Origin: a virus
Strand: one strand, 5' to 3'
DNA: 64,000 nt
Virus record (IMG/VR): IMGVR_UViG_3300034104_005002
Location: 64,001-128,000 of that record
Notes under the pieces: generated by a model
Seen by the model: only the letters and a program-made list of their open reading frames with translations
Database searches by the model: none
What the model was told of the DNA's origin: nothing
Position numbers and translations under genes: made by a program
In this document: piece after piece, positions 48,731 to 57,883 of the stretch
Numbering within the stretch: position 1 is the stretch's first letter
Layout of the letters: the number at the start of each line of letters is the position of its first letter

Positions 48731-49036
48731 TTAACCTAATTCATAACCAAGAAGGATAAGTCGTTTATCGCACCATTCTCGGCAAGGTGGATAAAATCCA
48801 TAAATTTCTTTTTTTTCTGCATCACCAGATCCCCCTACGCCTCTCGGCCCATATCTCCATTTTTTGTAATCTTCTGACCAACATTTACTATCATCATAAG
48901 GGGAAATTCTAATCCTGGCGGTTTTCTCAATAAATGCTACCCTATTCTTAACTTCATTTGGATCTGTTCCTTCTATTGCCCTAAAACAAGAATAGCCGTC
49001 TAATGTAATCCAGGAAGTAGTTTTAATCATATTCAA
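48731..49036 (-). CDS. Hypothetical protein
   Basis: 101-aa ORF in operon. Confidence 0.7.
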   Translation of the reverse strand: MNMIKTTSWITLDGYSCFRAIEGTDPNEVKNRVAFIEKTARIRISPYDDSKCWSEDYKKWRYGPRGVGGSGDAEKKEIYGFYPPCREWCDKRLILLGYELG

Positions 49037-49545
49037 CCCTCCAGCATAATAGATTCAAGAGTTCCATCCTCATAAATGGATTCTGCAATGTTTGCCTCAA
49101 TATCGTCAGATTCCCGGTATTTGTCTACATAGGCTGCAAGAACAGCACCAATCTGGTTATGATCCCAGGTGGAAATTCGACCCCATTCTGAAATGCGATT
49201 GGGATAATGAGAAATAAATCCACTACGAGAAGTGAACATTTGCCTTACCTTGTTATTCAATGTGGTGCCTCTTACGGCACACAAAATCTTGGCAAAATCA
49301 GAACGGCTGATCTCTGCAAAGATTCGATCATTCATAAAATTATATTCTTTGGGTGAAATTAGTTCTTCATATTCAATAGAAACATCCATCCACTCGGCTA
49401 GTTTTTTGACATATTCTTTTGCATATTCCTCAAATACATTTCTCCAATCACTTACTTCGGCCTCTCGCATTTCAAGAACATCATCCATGTAGGAATTATG
49501 AATAGATCCATAAAAACCAGAGAAAGGAATCAGAGAAGAAAACAT
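49033..49545 (-). CDS. Conserved phage hypothetical protein
   Basis: IPFSGFY.S, SPKEYNF..DR, TSRSGFIS motifs. Confidence 0.75.
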   Translation of the reverse strand: MFSSLIPFSGFYGSIHNSYMDDVLEMREAEVSDWRNVFEEYAKEYVKKLAEWMDVSIEYEELISPKEYNFMNDRIFAEISRSDFAKILCAVRGTTLNNKVRQMFTSRSGFISHYPNRISEWGRISTWDHNQIGAVLAAYVDKYRESDDIEANIAESIYEDGTLESIMLEG

Positions 49546-49611
49546 GGTGTTTTTTTGAACTGTGATTATTGTAAGGCTAGAATGGTCTGGTGGTGGTGGG
49601 TCTTGTGCCAG

Positions 49612-49914
49612 TTATTCAGGTGTCACAGGATCGGTGACATACTTATTTCCATTCAAAAATTCAATCAACTTTTGTTTCCATACATCATAACCATTTGAAA
49701 AAAGATGTTCTTCAGGATTCAAAACAACACCTAGGCCATAAAGAAGATCATCAATAAAAGTAAAATCATTATAATTTTCATAACCATACTGATTAGGATA
49801 AGTCTCCATGTATTGTTGAAGATACTTCACCATAAGAACCATCCTCTTTTTCCTATATTCTGGATCTTTTTTATCCAGAGCAATTAGTTGATCGACAATT
49901 TCGTAAGTTTTCAT
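49612..49914 (-). CDS. Hypothetical protein
   Basis: 100-aa ORF behind an early promoter. Confidence 0.7.
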   Translation of the reverse strand: MKTYEIVDQLIALDKKDPEYRKKRMVLMVKYLQQYMETYPNQYGYENYNDFTFIDDLLYGLGVVLNPEEHLFSNGYDVWKQKLIEFLNGNKYVTDPVTPE

Positions 49915-49980
49915 GGAAGATTAGTAACTGAGATCAGTATAGAGTAAAAATGGTTAGATGGAATGGGTGGTTGTGCCAGT

Positions 49981-50358
49981 TTATGAGGTGCCTACTTTTG
50001 ATTCTTCAAGATATTCTTTTGCACATTGTATAATAAATTCCTCTAAAAAGATGGACATCAAAACCACAATACCAAGAAGAATGTGCCCTTGATAAACAAG
50101 TACCCCGATGATTGTAAAGTAAAAAAATAATTCTACTGTGGGAAAGTAATACCTGTTCAATTTGCTTGTAGTGTAATAAATTGAACAGGCTTTTTTGCTA
50201 GTTGCAACAATTAGACCAAAAACAAAGCCAACCCAGATAATAAATCTTAAGACATTCAAAAATCCTGTATTATCTTGAAAAGTACCTTCATAAGTAAGAG
50301 CCGACATCGTGACTGGATTAAGTATGATGTACTTTATGGTGTTGAGAAGTTTTTTCAT
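49981..50358 (-). CDS. Hypothetical membrane protein
   Basis: About 3 hydrophobic segments. Confidence 0.7.
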   Translation of the reverse strand: MKKLLNTIKYIILNPVTMSALTYEGTFQDNTGFLNVLRFIIWVGFVFGLIVATSKKACSIYYTTSKLNRYYFPTVELFFYFTIIGVLVYQGHILLGIVVLMSIFLEEFIIQCAKEYLEESKVGTS

Positions 50359-50538
50359 TTTTCGGTGGTGGGAACGTCAATAATAATGATCTCTTGATTG
50401 TTATTCAGGTATTCAATTTGAACAACTTTTGGAGTGATCTGGACTTTGCCGATAATCAGTGAGCGGTTCATGGTTGTTTGATTGAACTGAAGTCAGTATA
50501 AAAGAAAATTGGGGCCAATGGTCGGCCCCTTGTGCCGC

Positions 50539-50817
50539 TTATTCAGGTGTCACACCTAATTTATCATAAGTATCAAAACTACAATAATCTCCCTCTAATT
50601 CTTCTGGTCTAGCAACATCTAGAAACATTTGATAGGTATAAAAATCAAATGTCGATGATGGGGCAACAAAATTATAAAAAGGATCTCCATCCCTGTATGC
50701 TAAATCCGGTAAATTCCAATTAGCCCCAAAATATTTACAACCACTACACCTAGATTCGCCATAAATTTCCTGACTTTCACAGGTAATACATCCACCATGA
50801 AAAATAGTCATTTTCAC
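50539..50817 (-). CDS. Hypothetical Cys-motif protein
   Basis: CITC...CSGC. Confidence 0.65.
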   Translation of the reverse strand: MKMTIFHGGCITCESQEIYGESRCSGCKYFGANWNLPDLAYRDGDPFYNFVAPSSTFDFYTYQMFLDVARPEELEGDYCSFDTYDKLGVTPE

Positions 50818-51485
50818 CCAACAATCTCATTAACTGTTTTCTTGGCAGGAGAATGAGCCGGGAATGCAATAATAAAATCCCGATCAACATTTGCACAAAG
50901 ACCACACGTAGCGCAATTCACATTATCATGAATAGTGGCTGGGCAGGTAATAACTTTTCTGCCAGATTCTGTTTGATAAAACCTCTCGGTCTTATCAGAA
51001 GGAACAACCGCAACTGCCGGAATTCCATATTCAGACATTACCTTGTCTGCAACTTCTACTGATTCAGTAGAAGCATTGATTGCAAAACCCCTGGCATTAG
51101 CGTTCTCAATGCAGATGCGATTGTGCTCATTAAGAATATGGTGAGTATAGGTGTAGCCCCTTTTATTTGTATTGGCCGTGATCAACTTTTTGAGTTTGAT
51201 GTAATCAATGTTTCCGTCATTATGAGGCAGGTCCCCGGATTGATTATGACGCCACAATTGATTTTTAGGGAGCCTCGCAATTTGTTTTACAAAATCGTCC
51301 CAATCGGTTCCCCTTTCTTTGTTAGAAACCTTGCGCCAATGGATCGCAACCGGGCCATACTTTGCATAACAACCTTTATCATAAAAAGGACAGGTTGTGG
51401 GGCAAGTAGAACGCTCAGAAGTAGAAACCGGAATGTTTCCGGTCTTGCCATTTTTAGATGCAATTGTAAGAGCAACCTGGGTCAT
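50814..51485 (-). CDS. Cys-rich GP88/radical-SAM-like phage protein
   Basis: S.NGKTG, TCPTTCP..GCYA, WRHNQSGD, YTYTH, CPAT..CATCGLC, IAFPAH. Confidence 0.65.
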   Translation of the reverse strand: MTQVALTIASKNGKTGNIPVSTSERSTCPTTCPFYDKGCYAKYGPVAIHWRKVSNKERGTDWDDFVKQIARLPKNQLWRHNQSGDLPHNDGNIDYIKLKKLITANTNKRGYTYTHHILNEHNRICIENANARGFAINASTESVEVADKVMSEYGIPAVAVVPSDKTERFYQTESGRKVITCPATIHDNVNCATCGLCANVDRDFIIAFPAHSPAKKTVNEIVG

Positions 51486-51568
51486 GGGGTAAAAATCCCT
51501 TAACGACAAATGTAGAATACAGCAGGATTAGTGGGTCTGGTCGGGTGCTTGTGCCAGTTAGTCAGGTG

Positions 51569-51795
51569 TCATACCCATGTAACAAAAATGCTTCTAGTGT
51601 ATTTGTTATAATTCCACAATTTAAACCCTTCATCATTTAAATAGGCAATAATAATATCAACCTCTTCTTGTTCGATATTGTCTATTTCACAAGAAATAAG
51701 ACCACCTTCTGCGGCAAGTCTAAGAGATTTTTGACCTTTTCTATGGTTAAATTGTCTTGAAAAGAAAGTTGTAGCAGATCGTAAGAAAGTGTCAT
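51569..51795 (-). pseudogene. Frameshifted small protein
   Basis: MTLSYDLL..IEKVK continues as SLRLAAEGG..FVTWV in a shifted frame; 227 nt, one base short, at an A5 run. Confidence 0.55.
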
Positions 51796-51873
51796 AATTT
51801 CAATTAGTTATAAAAGGTAGAAATTACTTTAAGTTGTTCTTTAGTAACCTGAAAATTGTAGGTTTTGGTCATT

Positions 51874-52173
51874 TCAGTTGTCTTCTTGATTGCGGAATAC
51901 TTCTACAAACTCTTCTGCTGCCGCAAAGGACATTTCAGCAAACATTCGATAGGTGGTTCTATTTTCCACAAGTTCACCATAAGTATCATCGTGGTGAAGG
52001 AGGTCGTGATACTCTTTAACCATTTGTTGATAGATTTGTTGACCCAAATCAACTAGAACATCACCAACTTTGGCGGTTTCGATGGTTGATGTCCCTTTGT
52101 AGTTATACGGTTGTTGTTTGAGATCAAATTCCAGTTCTTGAATTTTGGTTTGGAGTTGTGTTTTGGTGGTCAT
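51874..52173 (-). CDS. Hypothetical protein
   Basis: Start MTTKTQL; 5' part duplicated at about 52997-53037. Confidence 0.7.
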   Translation of the reverse strand: MTTKTQLQTKIQELEFDLKQQPYNYKGTSTIETAKVGDVLVDLGQQIYQQMVKEYHDLLHHDDTYGELVENRTTYRMFAEMSFAAAEEFVEVFRNQEDN

Positions 52174-52256
52174 GGGGTAAAAATCCCTTGTCAACAAAGA
52201 TAGTATAAAAGAGAATTGGTGGGTCTGGTCGGGTGCTTGTGCCAGTTAGTCAGGTG

Positions 52257-52580
52257 TCACGGCTCCAGCAATTCTCTTTGTTCTGGAGTGAGAGATTCTA
52301 AGAATTCTTTACGTTTTTTGGCCTTGGATTCTCTGGCTAATTGTTTTTCAATTTCTTTGTCAAAGTAATCTACCATATCATCATAGGTATAATCGCCAGC
52401 ATCCCAGTCTGAAGTATTATCGTTTTTTATGAAAACCATTTTGTAATAATAATCTTTATTACCCTGCCAATCATAATAGAGATTTATTTTATAACCTTCA
52501 TCATTTTGAACAAAATCAGTACTAATTCCCAATTTTTCGGCCTTCGTTAGAAAATTTAGGATTTGTGTTGCAGTAATCAT
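52257..52580 (-). CDS. Hypothetical protein
   Basis: 107 aa, ends LTPEQRELL. Confidence 0.75.
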   Translation of the reverse strand: MITATQILNFLTKAEKLGISTDFVQNDEGYKINLYYDWQGNKDYYYKMVFIKNDNTSDWDAGDYTYDDMVDYFDKEIEKQLARESKAKKRKEFLESLTPEQRELLEP

Positions 52581-52598
52581 TTTAAGTTGGGGATAAGT

Positions 52599-52787
52599 TT
52601 AAGATGCAATAGACCAATTCAAATCATTTGTCAGATTAACCCAAAAAAAGTATGAACCATTTGATGATCTTAAAAAGATCCTATTGTCTTTGTGCTGTTC
52701 CACAATGCAAATAGGATCTCGATTCATCATATTGGCCAGGCGATTCTTGGCCTTTTTAGATTTTGCGATTACAGTAACAGTTTCCAT
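52599..52787 (-). CDS. Hypothetical protein
   Basis: KSKKAKNRLANMM..YFFWV..D.NW. Confidence 0.7.
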   Translation of the reverse strand: METVTVIAKSKKAKNRLANMMNRDPICIVEQHKDNRIFLRSSNGSYFFWVNLTNDLNWSIAS

Positions 52788-53125
52788 CAGTTTGTGGCAA
52801 GAATCAGGTTTGCGACTCTATTTTCTCCAGAAAATTCTTAGAGTTTATCATGAAAATCCCAAGTATCAAGTATCAAAATTCAAGGTTTAATAAGTAACAC
52901 ACCGGAAGGAACGCCCACAGAACGCGAGCGCCTTGATACTACCACCGCTAAAGATCTGGCAGCAAGCATCTGTTGTTTGAACTCTTGAAGCTCGGATTCC
53001 AGTTCTTGAATTTTGGTTTGGAGTTGTGTTTTGGTGGCCATGGCTAAAAATGTTTAACTGAGATCAGTATAAGGCGTAAATGGTGGTCTGGTGGTGAATT
53101 AGTGGACAGTTATGAAAGTGTCTAC

Positions 53126-53500
53126 TTAAGAAAGAAGATTTTTAATTTCCAGAATGAACCACACTTTCGGGGCATTATGAATTAGAATTAGATCATGAAT
53201 TTTAGAGCCTAGTCCGCCAACACTAAAAATTAAAAAAATTATAGGAAACGTAATAAATATAAGAATTTCACTATTATGCTCTCTTTTTGCTAGTTGAACA
53301 ATGAATCCAATACTCACCAATAGTCCAATAATAAAAACAACTAACCCAATCGCATAAAAAGTGTTAATCCATAGACCATAAGAAATATATTGTTGGGCAA
53401 TGTCTGGAAGTTGAGCAAAAGAAAAGTCTTTAACTTCTCCCACCGAAGTCATAATCTCGGCAAGAATTTGAGAAACTTGAGCCTGAAGTTGGTCGTTCAT
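53126..53500 (-). CDS. Hypothetical membrane protein
   Basis: AQLPDIAQQY, 2 TM helices, APKVW. Confidence 0.75.
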   Translation of the reverse strand: MNDQLQAQVSQILAEIMTSVGEVKDFSFAQLPDIAQQYISYGLWINTFYAIGLVVFIIGLLVSIGFIVQLAKREHNSEILIFITFPIIFLIFSVGGLGSKIHDLILIHNAPKVWFILEIKNLLS

Positions 53501-53547
53501 AATTTAATTAGAAAAAGGTTGGTTGTTGTGTTAGTTCTTTAATTACC

Positions 53548-53811
53548 TTAACAATCACATTTGTCAAGAACCCGTTCAATTTGCCTTTTCAAAATTGATT
53601 TTCCGCAAACAATACCCATTGATTTTCTGCAAACAATACCCTCATTATAGATCAAGCAAAAAAGAGTCTTAAACGCATCAGAAGTTAGTAATTCATCTGA
53701 AAAATGTTCACCTGATTTCAAAACAAAAATCACGTCTCCAGATGGTATATCAATGAACTCAACAAAACCATATGCTGAAATAACTTTAAGATTGTCAAAA
53801 GTTAGTTCCAT
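53548..53811 (-). CDS. Hypothetical protein
   Basis: Start MELTF after GAGGA. Confidence 0.65.
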   Translation of the reverse strand: MELTFDNLKVISAYGFVEFIDIPSGDVIFVLKSGEHFSDELLTSDAFKTLFCLIYNEGIVCRKSMGIVCGKSILKRQIERVLDKCDC

Positions 53812-53975
53812 AAAAAGTGATTCCTCAATCAACAAAGATAATTTAGCATGAAGTCTAAAATGAGTCAATAGTCCTTATGACGATTTTGTTATTGTCACAT
53901 GGTCGCTTGACTTTTATTCTGACTTCCAGTAGAGTTGGTTTGTTCCGAAGATGCGGGAGCTATATTCTATATTAA

Positions 53976-54404
53976 TTACTTTTTATTAATAATTTTATTG
54001 TATTCTTCAAGTGTAACATGTCCTTTAACAATAGGAAAATTACTACTGATTATCGCTTTTTTATTGTCGTCTCTTTCGACTGGTTCAAGTAGAATATGTC
54101 CAGGTATCCAATAAGGCCATTGGATTCTGTTATTATATGCTGTTCTAGATAATTTAGTATACTCCAACTTAGTACATTTTTGGGGTGAATGAATATACTG
54201 ATTATCTCCAACCTTTTTATATGGCTGGGTAAAATGAATAATTTCAACATTAAGTGGTTCAGTATATTGTTCCAAAGAAATTTTAAACAGCTGACCAGTC
54301 CTATCCCATTTAGTCATAGACGGTATACGATACACCCAAATCTTTCCATTTTTATCAGTATCTTTTTCTGTTGGCCATTTTTCGTCAATAGAAATGAGTT
54401 TCAT
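53976..54404 (-). CDS. Hypothetical protein
   Basis: Start MKLIS; PTEKD.D.NG.IW. Confidence 0.65.
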   Translation of the reverse strand: MKLISIDEKWPTEKDTDKNGKIWVYRIPSMTKWDRTGQLFKISLEQYTEPLNVEIIHFTQPYKKVGDNQYIHSPQKCTKLEYTKLSRTAYNNRIQWPYWIPGHILLEPVERDDNKKAIISSNFPIVKGHVTLEEYNKIINKK

Positions 54405-54499
54405 AATAAAGAATAGTGAGTGGTTAGTGTGGATTTTAAACAATTGACCCTAGGACTTGACAGGATCCATAATCAGTGATACAATACTGACCTCCTCGA

Positions 54500-54625
54500 T
54501 CAAATCACCCTAAACTTTCTTTTAAGGTGATTTAACGCTTGTTTTCTTGCTTTTATCTTGTTTTTAGAAATTCCCCGAGTTTTCTTTTTCTTCTCGGAGT
54601 TGTGTTGCCAATTGGGAGTGTTCAT
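54500..54625 (-). CDS. Small basic protein (41 aa)
   Basis: MNTPNWQHNSEKKKKTRG...; manual translation. Confidence 0.6.
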   Translation of the reverse strand: MNTPNWQHNSEKKKKTRGISKNKIKARKQALNHLKRKFRVI

Positions 54626-54635
54626 GACTTTTTAA

Positions 54636-54944
54636 CTATTTAACAAGAAGAAAGTTATTCATTCCGTATGTAAATACTTTATTTCTATTATTTTTAAAAG
54701 TTAAAACAATATCATAAAGATCATCTAGATCTTCATCATCAAGATCCTCATGAAACCACCCATAAATGTACATTTTTAGTTCATTATTATCTTCAAACAA
54801 AATATCCCTGATTTCATCAACTTCCCAAAATATAGAAATACCATACTCATCTAGCCTATGAGAAAGACTATTCATAAAACCCAAATTGCCCAGTTTTTCC
54901 ACGGCTCCAATGAGCCAAATAGTTTTCTGTTCCTGAGTGGCCAT
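54636..54944 (-). CDS. Hypothetical acidic protein
   Basis: 102-aa ORF behind an early promoter. Confidence 0.7.
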   Translation of the reverse strand: MATQEQKTIWLIGAVEKLGNLGFMNSLSHRLDEYGISIFWEVDEIRDILFEDNNELKMYIYGWFHEDLDDEDLDDLYDIVLTFKNNRNKVFTYGMNNFLLVK

Positions 54945-55015
54945 GACGAAAATTGTTTAACTGGAATCAGTTTAAACGACAGTGATGGGTTGGGTGATTA
55001 GTGGTGGACAGTTCC

Positions 55016-55198
55016 TCAACCGACCCAGGTGATAATTCCCCTTTTCATCCACCCCTTTTTTGTGATTTTACAATCAGGAGTTTCAGGATCTCGATACCAT
55101 CCATAAACGCCCTTTTCAATAAAACTTTGCCTCAATTCTCTAGAGAGTTGTTCTTGCTCAATTTCCTTAATCGCGGCCTTAATTTCTTTTTTATCCAT
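55016..55198 (-). CDS. Hypothetical protein
   Basis: Start MDKKEI. Confidence 0.55.
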   Translation of the reverse strand: MDKKEIKAAIKEIEQEQLSRELRQSFIEKGVYGWYRDPETPDCKITKKGWMKRGIITWVG

Positions 55199-55264
55199 TG
55201 TTTTGTGATGAATTTCAACGATTATAAACAAAAAATGCCCCGTTGAAGGACATGAGTGGACAGT

Positions 55265-55633
55265 TTACCAATCGCCTACTGTAAATTTACCATTTTTAAT
55301 CCATCCTTTTTGGCCTTCTTTATTGGTTGCTCTAATTCCTCTCCCTCTGGTTCTTTCTTTATACAGTTCGTCTGATGTTTTTTGTCTCCCGGCTTCTTTT
55401 TTTTCTTGTTCTTTCTTTCTTTGTTTTTGTAACCTTTCTTGATAGTCTGAATCACCATAAGACTTGCTCATTCCAAGTTTTGGAGTTACGGCCTCAAGAA
55501 ATTGTTTGTAGGTCTTCTTTGTATTTTGCCTCAGGTCCTCAACTTCCTTGCGGTTAAGGTCTAGGGTGCGGTCACCGGCCTCGGATCCGGCTTTTTTGAT
55601 TGTTTTAATTATTTCTTGGGATCTTTGGGTCAT
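55265..55633 (-). CDS. Basic late protein (internal-protein-like)
   Basis: Contains KKTYKQFLEA; coupled to 55630-55959. Confidence 0.7.
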   Translation of the reverse strand: MTQRSQEIIKTIKKAGSEAGDRTLDLNRKEVEDLRQNTKKTYKQFLEAVTPKLGMSKSYGDSDYQERLQKQRKKEQEKKEAGRQKTSDELYKERTRGRGIRATNKEGQKGWIKNGKFTVGDW

Positions 55634-55959
55634 TTTACTTCAAATGTCTGTCTGGTTACTTTTCTTTTTGTGGTTGGTTTGGAATTATCACCTAAAGTTA
55701 CTCTAGGGGTGGATTGTCTATTTCCAGTGGAAGTAATTCCACGTTTACCTTCATAAGGACCGCCTGGGCCATATAATCTCTGTTGAATTGTTTTAAGTGC
55801 TTCTTGATCTTTTTTGGGTAATGGTTGGCCCTGTGTATAGGAAAGTTTTTCGTCGATTGTGTCTAACCATTCGTCACTCATTGCCTCATAAATATGAATT
55901 GCGCTTTTTACATCAGATGCGAAACCTTCTTGCATCAAAAATAGAATAACTTCTTCCAT
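55630..55959 (-). CDS. Late protein (internal-protein-like)
   Basis: FLMQEGFA..A..IYEAMSDEW..I.E N-terminus; CTAAATA late box at 55981-55987. Confidence 0.7.
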   Translation of the reverse strand: MEEVILFLMQEGFASDVKSAIHIYEAMSDEWLDTIDEKLSYTQGQPLPKKDQEALKTIQQRLYGPGGPYEGKRGITSTGNRQSTPRVTLGDNSKPTTKRKVTRQTFEVK

Positions 55960-55989
55960 TAGATTGTAAGTATTTTCTACTATTTAGAC

Positions 55990-56014
55990 AAAAAAAGAGG
56001 CCCTATGGGGCCTC
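55990..56014 (-). terminator. Intrinsic terminator
   Basis: GAGGCCC-cata-GGGCCTC followed by a T-run on the minus strand. Confidence 0.7.
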
Positions 56015-56128
56015 AGAGTTTCAAACAAGAATTAATTGGCCCTTTACATTCATGGGCCGGAATATCTCAATCACCCATAATTCCAATAAGATCAAGAGAA
56101 ACAATGATTGCGATTTTAATGTAAAGCA

Positions 56129-56365
56129 TTAATCTGAAAAAGAAGAAAGCGGTGTAATTTGGCCAAATGGATTTCGTAAAAACTCTTTAATATCCAATTC
56201 TACACCATCAAGATTTGTGATCTTAATTTCTTCTATTTCTGCCCCATCTTGTGGCCGATAGTTATGAGTCAACTGCCAATAAAGATCAGAAATACCTAAT
56301 GGGTCTCCAAGAACAGTCACATATTTAAATGGGTCATTTTTTCTGCTGTAAGAGAGTTTTAGCAT
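56129..56365 (-). CDS. Hypothetical protein
   Basis: 78-aa ORF. Confidence 0.65.
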   Translation of the reverse strand: MLKLSYSRKNDPFKYVTVLGDPLGISDLYWQLTHNYRPQDGAEIEEIKITNLDGVELDIKEFLRNPFGQITPLSSFSD

Positions 56366-56383
56366 TAATCTGTTGATTTATGA

Positions 56384-56662
56384 TCAGAAGTTAAAGGTGT
56401 TTCCGTTTGAGGTGATAGAAATTACACGATTGACATCAAAAGACCGCCAGGCTTTTTCACCTTGATCTTTTGCAATCTTAAAATCCCTCACGCGAATAAT
56501 GTCAGGGTTGGTGGAATTAGTGCCGGTTCCTACAATTTCTTGGCGATCACGCGGGTTAAATTGGATCTTGCGGGATTCGCCGTTCTTTTTTACAAATTCT
56601 ACAGAGATGATAGTGGAACCAGATTCCTTAAGAAATTCACGGATAGTTTCTGCGCGGTTCAT
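56384..56662 (-). CDS. WYL_2/DUF2693-like SH3-barrel protein
   Basis: V.FVKKNGE.R ... AWRSFD. Confidence 0.65.
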   Translation of the reverse strand: MNRAETIREFLKESGSTIISVEFVKKNGESRKIQFNPRDRQEIVGTGTNSTNPDIIRVRDFKIAKDQGEKAWRSFDVNRVISITSNGNTFNF

Positions 56663-56761
56663 AATGAATAAAAGTTTGTTGGTGAATTCAGGGCTTTCCC
56701 CCTGATGAACCTATTATGCCAAGGGAAAGGGGGGCATGGAAGCCCCCAGTGGCCAGTTTGT

Positions 56762-57094
56762 TTATCGGCCCATCGCAGACCGAATCTTCATTTCAATCCG
56801 TTCATCGAGTTTGGCCAGGATATAGTTCTCAAGCTGAGAATCCAGACTATTTTTGATGTCAGTTGAAACCATTTCAGTCATTGCCGGAATCTGATAGCGT
56901 TTTAGATAATTAGTCATTCTCTTTGAGAATGGGTCAGACTTAAAGTATTCCTCGACTGCATTATTCATCGAGGTTGTATCTGGTTTGGCGGTCTGAATTT
57001 CTTCATAAAGATAACGAAGAGCATTCAACAGATTAGAAAATTCGACCAGTTGATCGTTCACGTTCACTAGAGCCGGGACAGTGGTTGTTTCCAT
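56762..57094 (-). CDS. Helical hypothetical protein co-transcribed with E1
   Basis: 110-aa ORF 6 nt downstream of the ThiF gene. Confidence 0.75.
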   Translation of the reverse strand: METTTVPALVNVNDQLVEFSNLLNALRYLYEEIQTAKPDTTSMNNAVEEYFKSDPFSKRMTNYLKRYQIPAMTEMVSTDIKNSLDSQLENYILAKLDERIEMKIRSAMGR

Positions 57095-57100
57095 AATAAA

Positions 57101-57814
57101 TCAAGAAATAGAGGTGGACAGAGTGCGGCCATTAAAAAACATTCCGCTTTGTTGAGGATTAAGCACCCCATCAAGGAAGTTTTGAATCACCGAGAGAGTA
57201 ATCGCGGCAGCAAAGAAATTTGCCGAGATCAATTGAGGCCTAGAAGGTGTACTCAGAGCACAGGATCCCTTTTCTGGGATGCTGTCAATAGGGTTACTGA
57301 TGTTGGGATAAGCAATACTAGGATCCATTCCAACACGTTCACCATTACATTTACCAAACCAAAGAGTCTGGCCCTGTACTGATTCCGTGCCGTCACTATT
57401 ACCTGGGGTAATAAAGAAAAAATCTTTATCAGAACAGGTAGTAGAGATTGCCTTTAGAACATCATGTCGAGTTGCATCATTGTCAACAGAACAAACAATC
57501 AGAGGAGACTCTGCTCGCTCCAGAAGAGGAATGAAAGAAGTCATTGAAATAAAATCTTCCTTGCAGTCAACATTTTCTAGACCTTGAAAGGCACAGAAGT
57601 CTACCATTGCGCGGGCCTTGTTCATGCCAATTTGTGATGGGCCTACAATTTGACGAGTTTGGTTGTGCTCTTCAAATTCATCACCATCAATAAAAACTAC
57701 TTTGGCGTTTTCTGTGGCCGGATGGTGCGCAACAAGACGGGCAATAGGTGATGCAAGATAGCCGCCAGTGCCACCTACTCCTACAATAAAAACGGTGTCA
57801 GGATTGAAATTCAT
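57101..57814 (-). CDS. E1/ThiF-family ubiquitin-like activating enzyme
   Basis: VGVGGTGG, IDGDEFEEHNQTRQ, NKA, SVDNDATR, GSCA (candidate catalytic Cys), PQL..N..AA. Confidence 0.9.
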   Translation of the reverse strand: MNFNPDTVFIVGVGGTGGYLASPIARLVAHHPATENAKVVFIDGDEFEEHNQTRQIVGPSQIGMNKARAMVDFCAFQGLENVDCKEDFISMTSFIPLLERAESPLIVCSVDNDATRHDVLKAISTTCSDKDFFFITPGNSDGTESVQGQTLWFGKCNGERVGMDPSIAYPNISNPIDSIPEKGSCALSTPSRPQLISANFFAAAITLSVIQNFLDGVLNPQQSGMFFNGRTLSTSIS

Positions 57815-57883
57815 GATTTAAGGTGAACTACTTTGCAAGTATAAAGGAGAAATGGGAGTGAGAAGCGAGGAGATGGACAGTTT

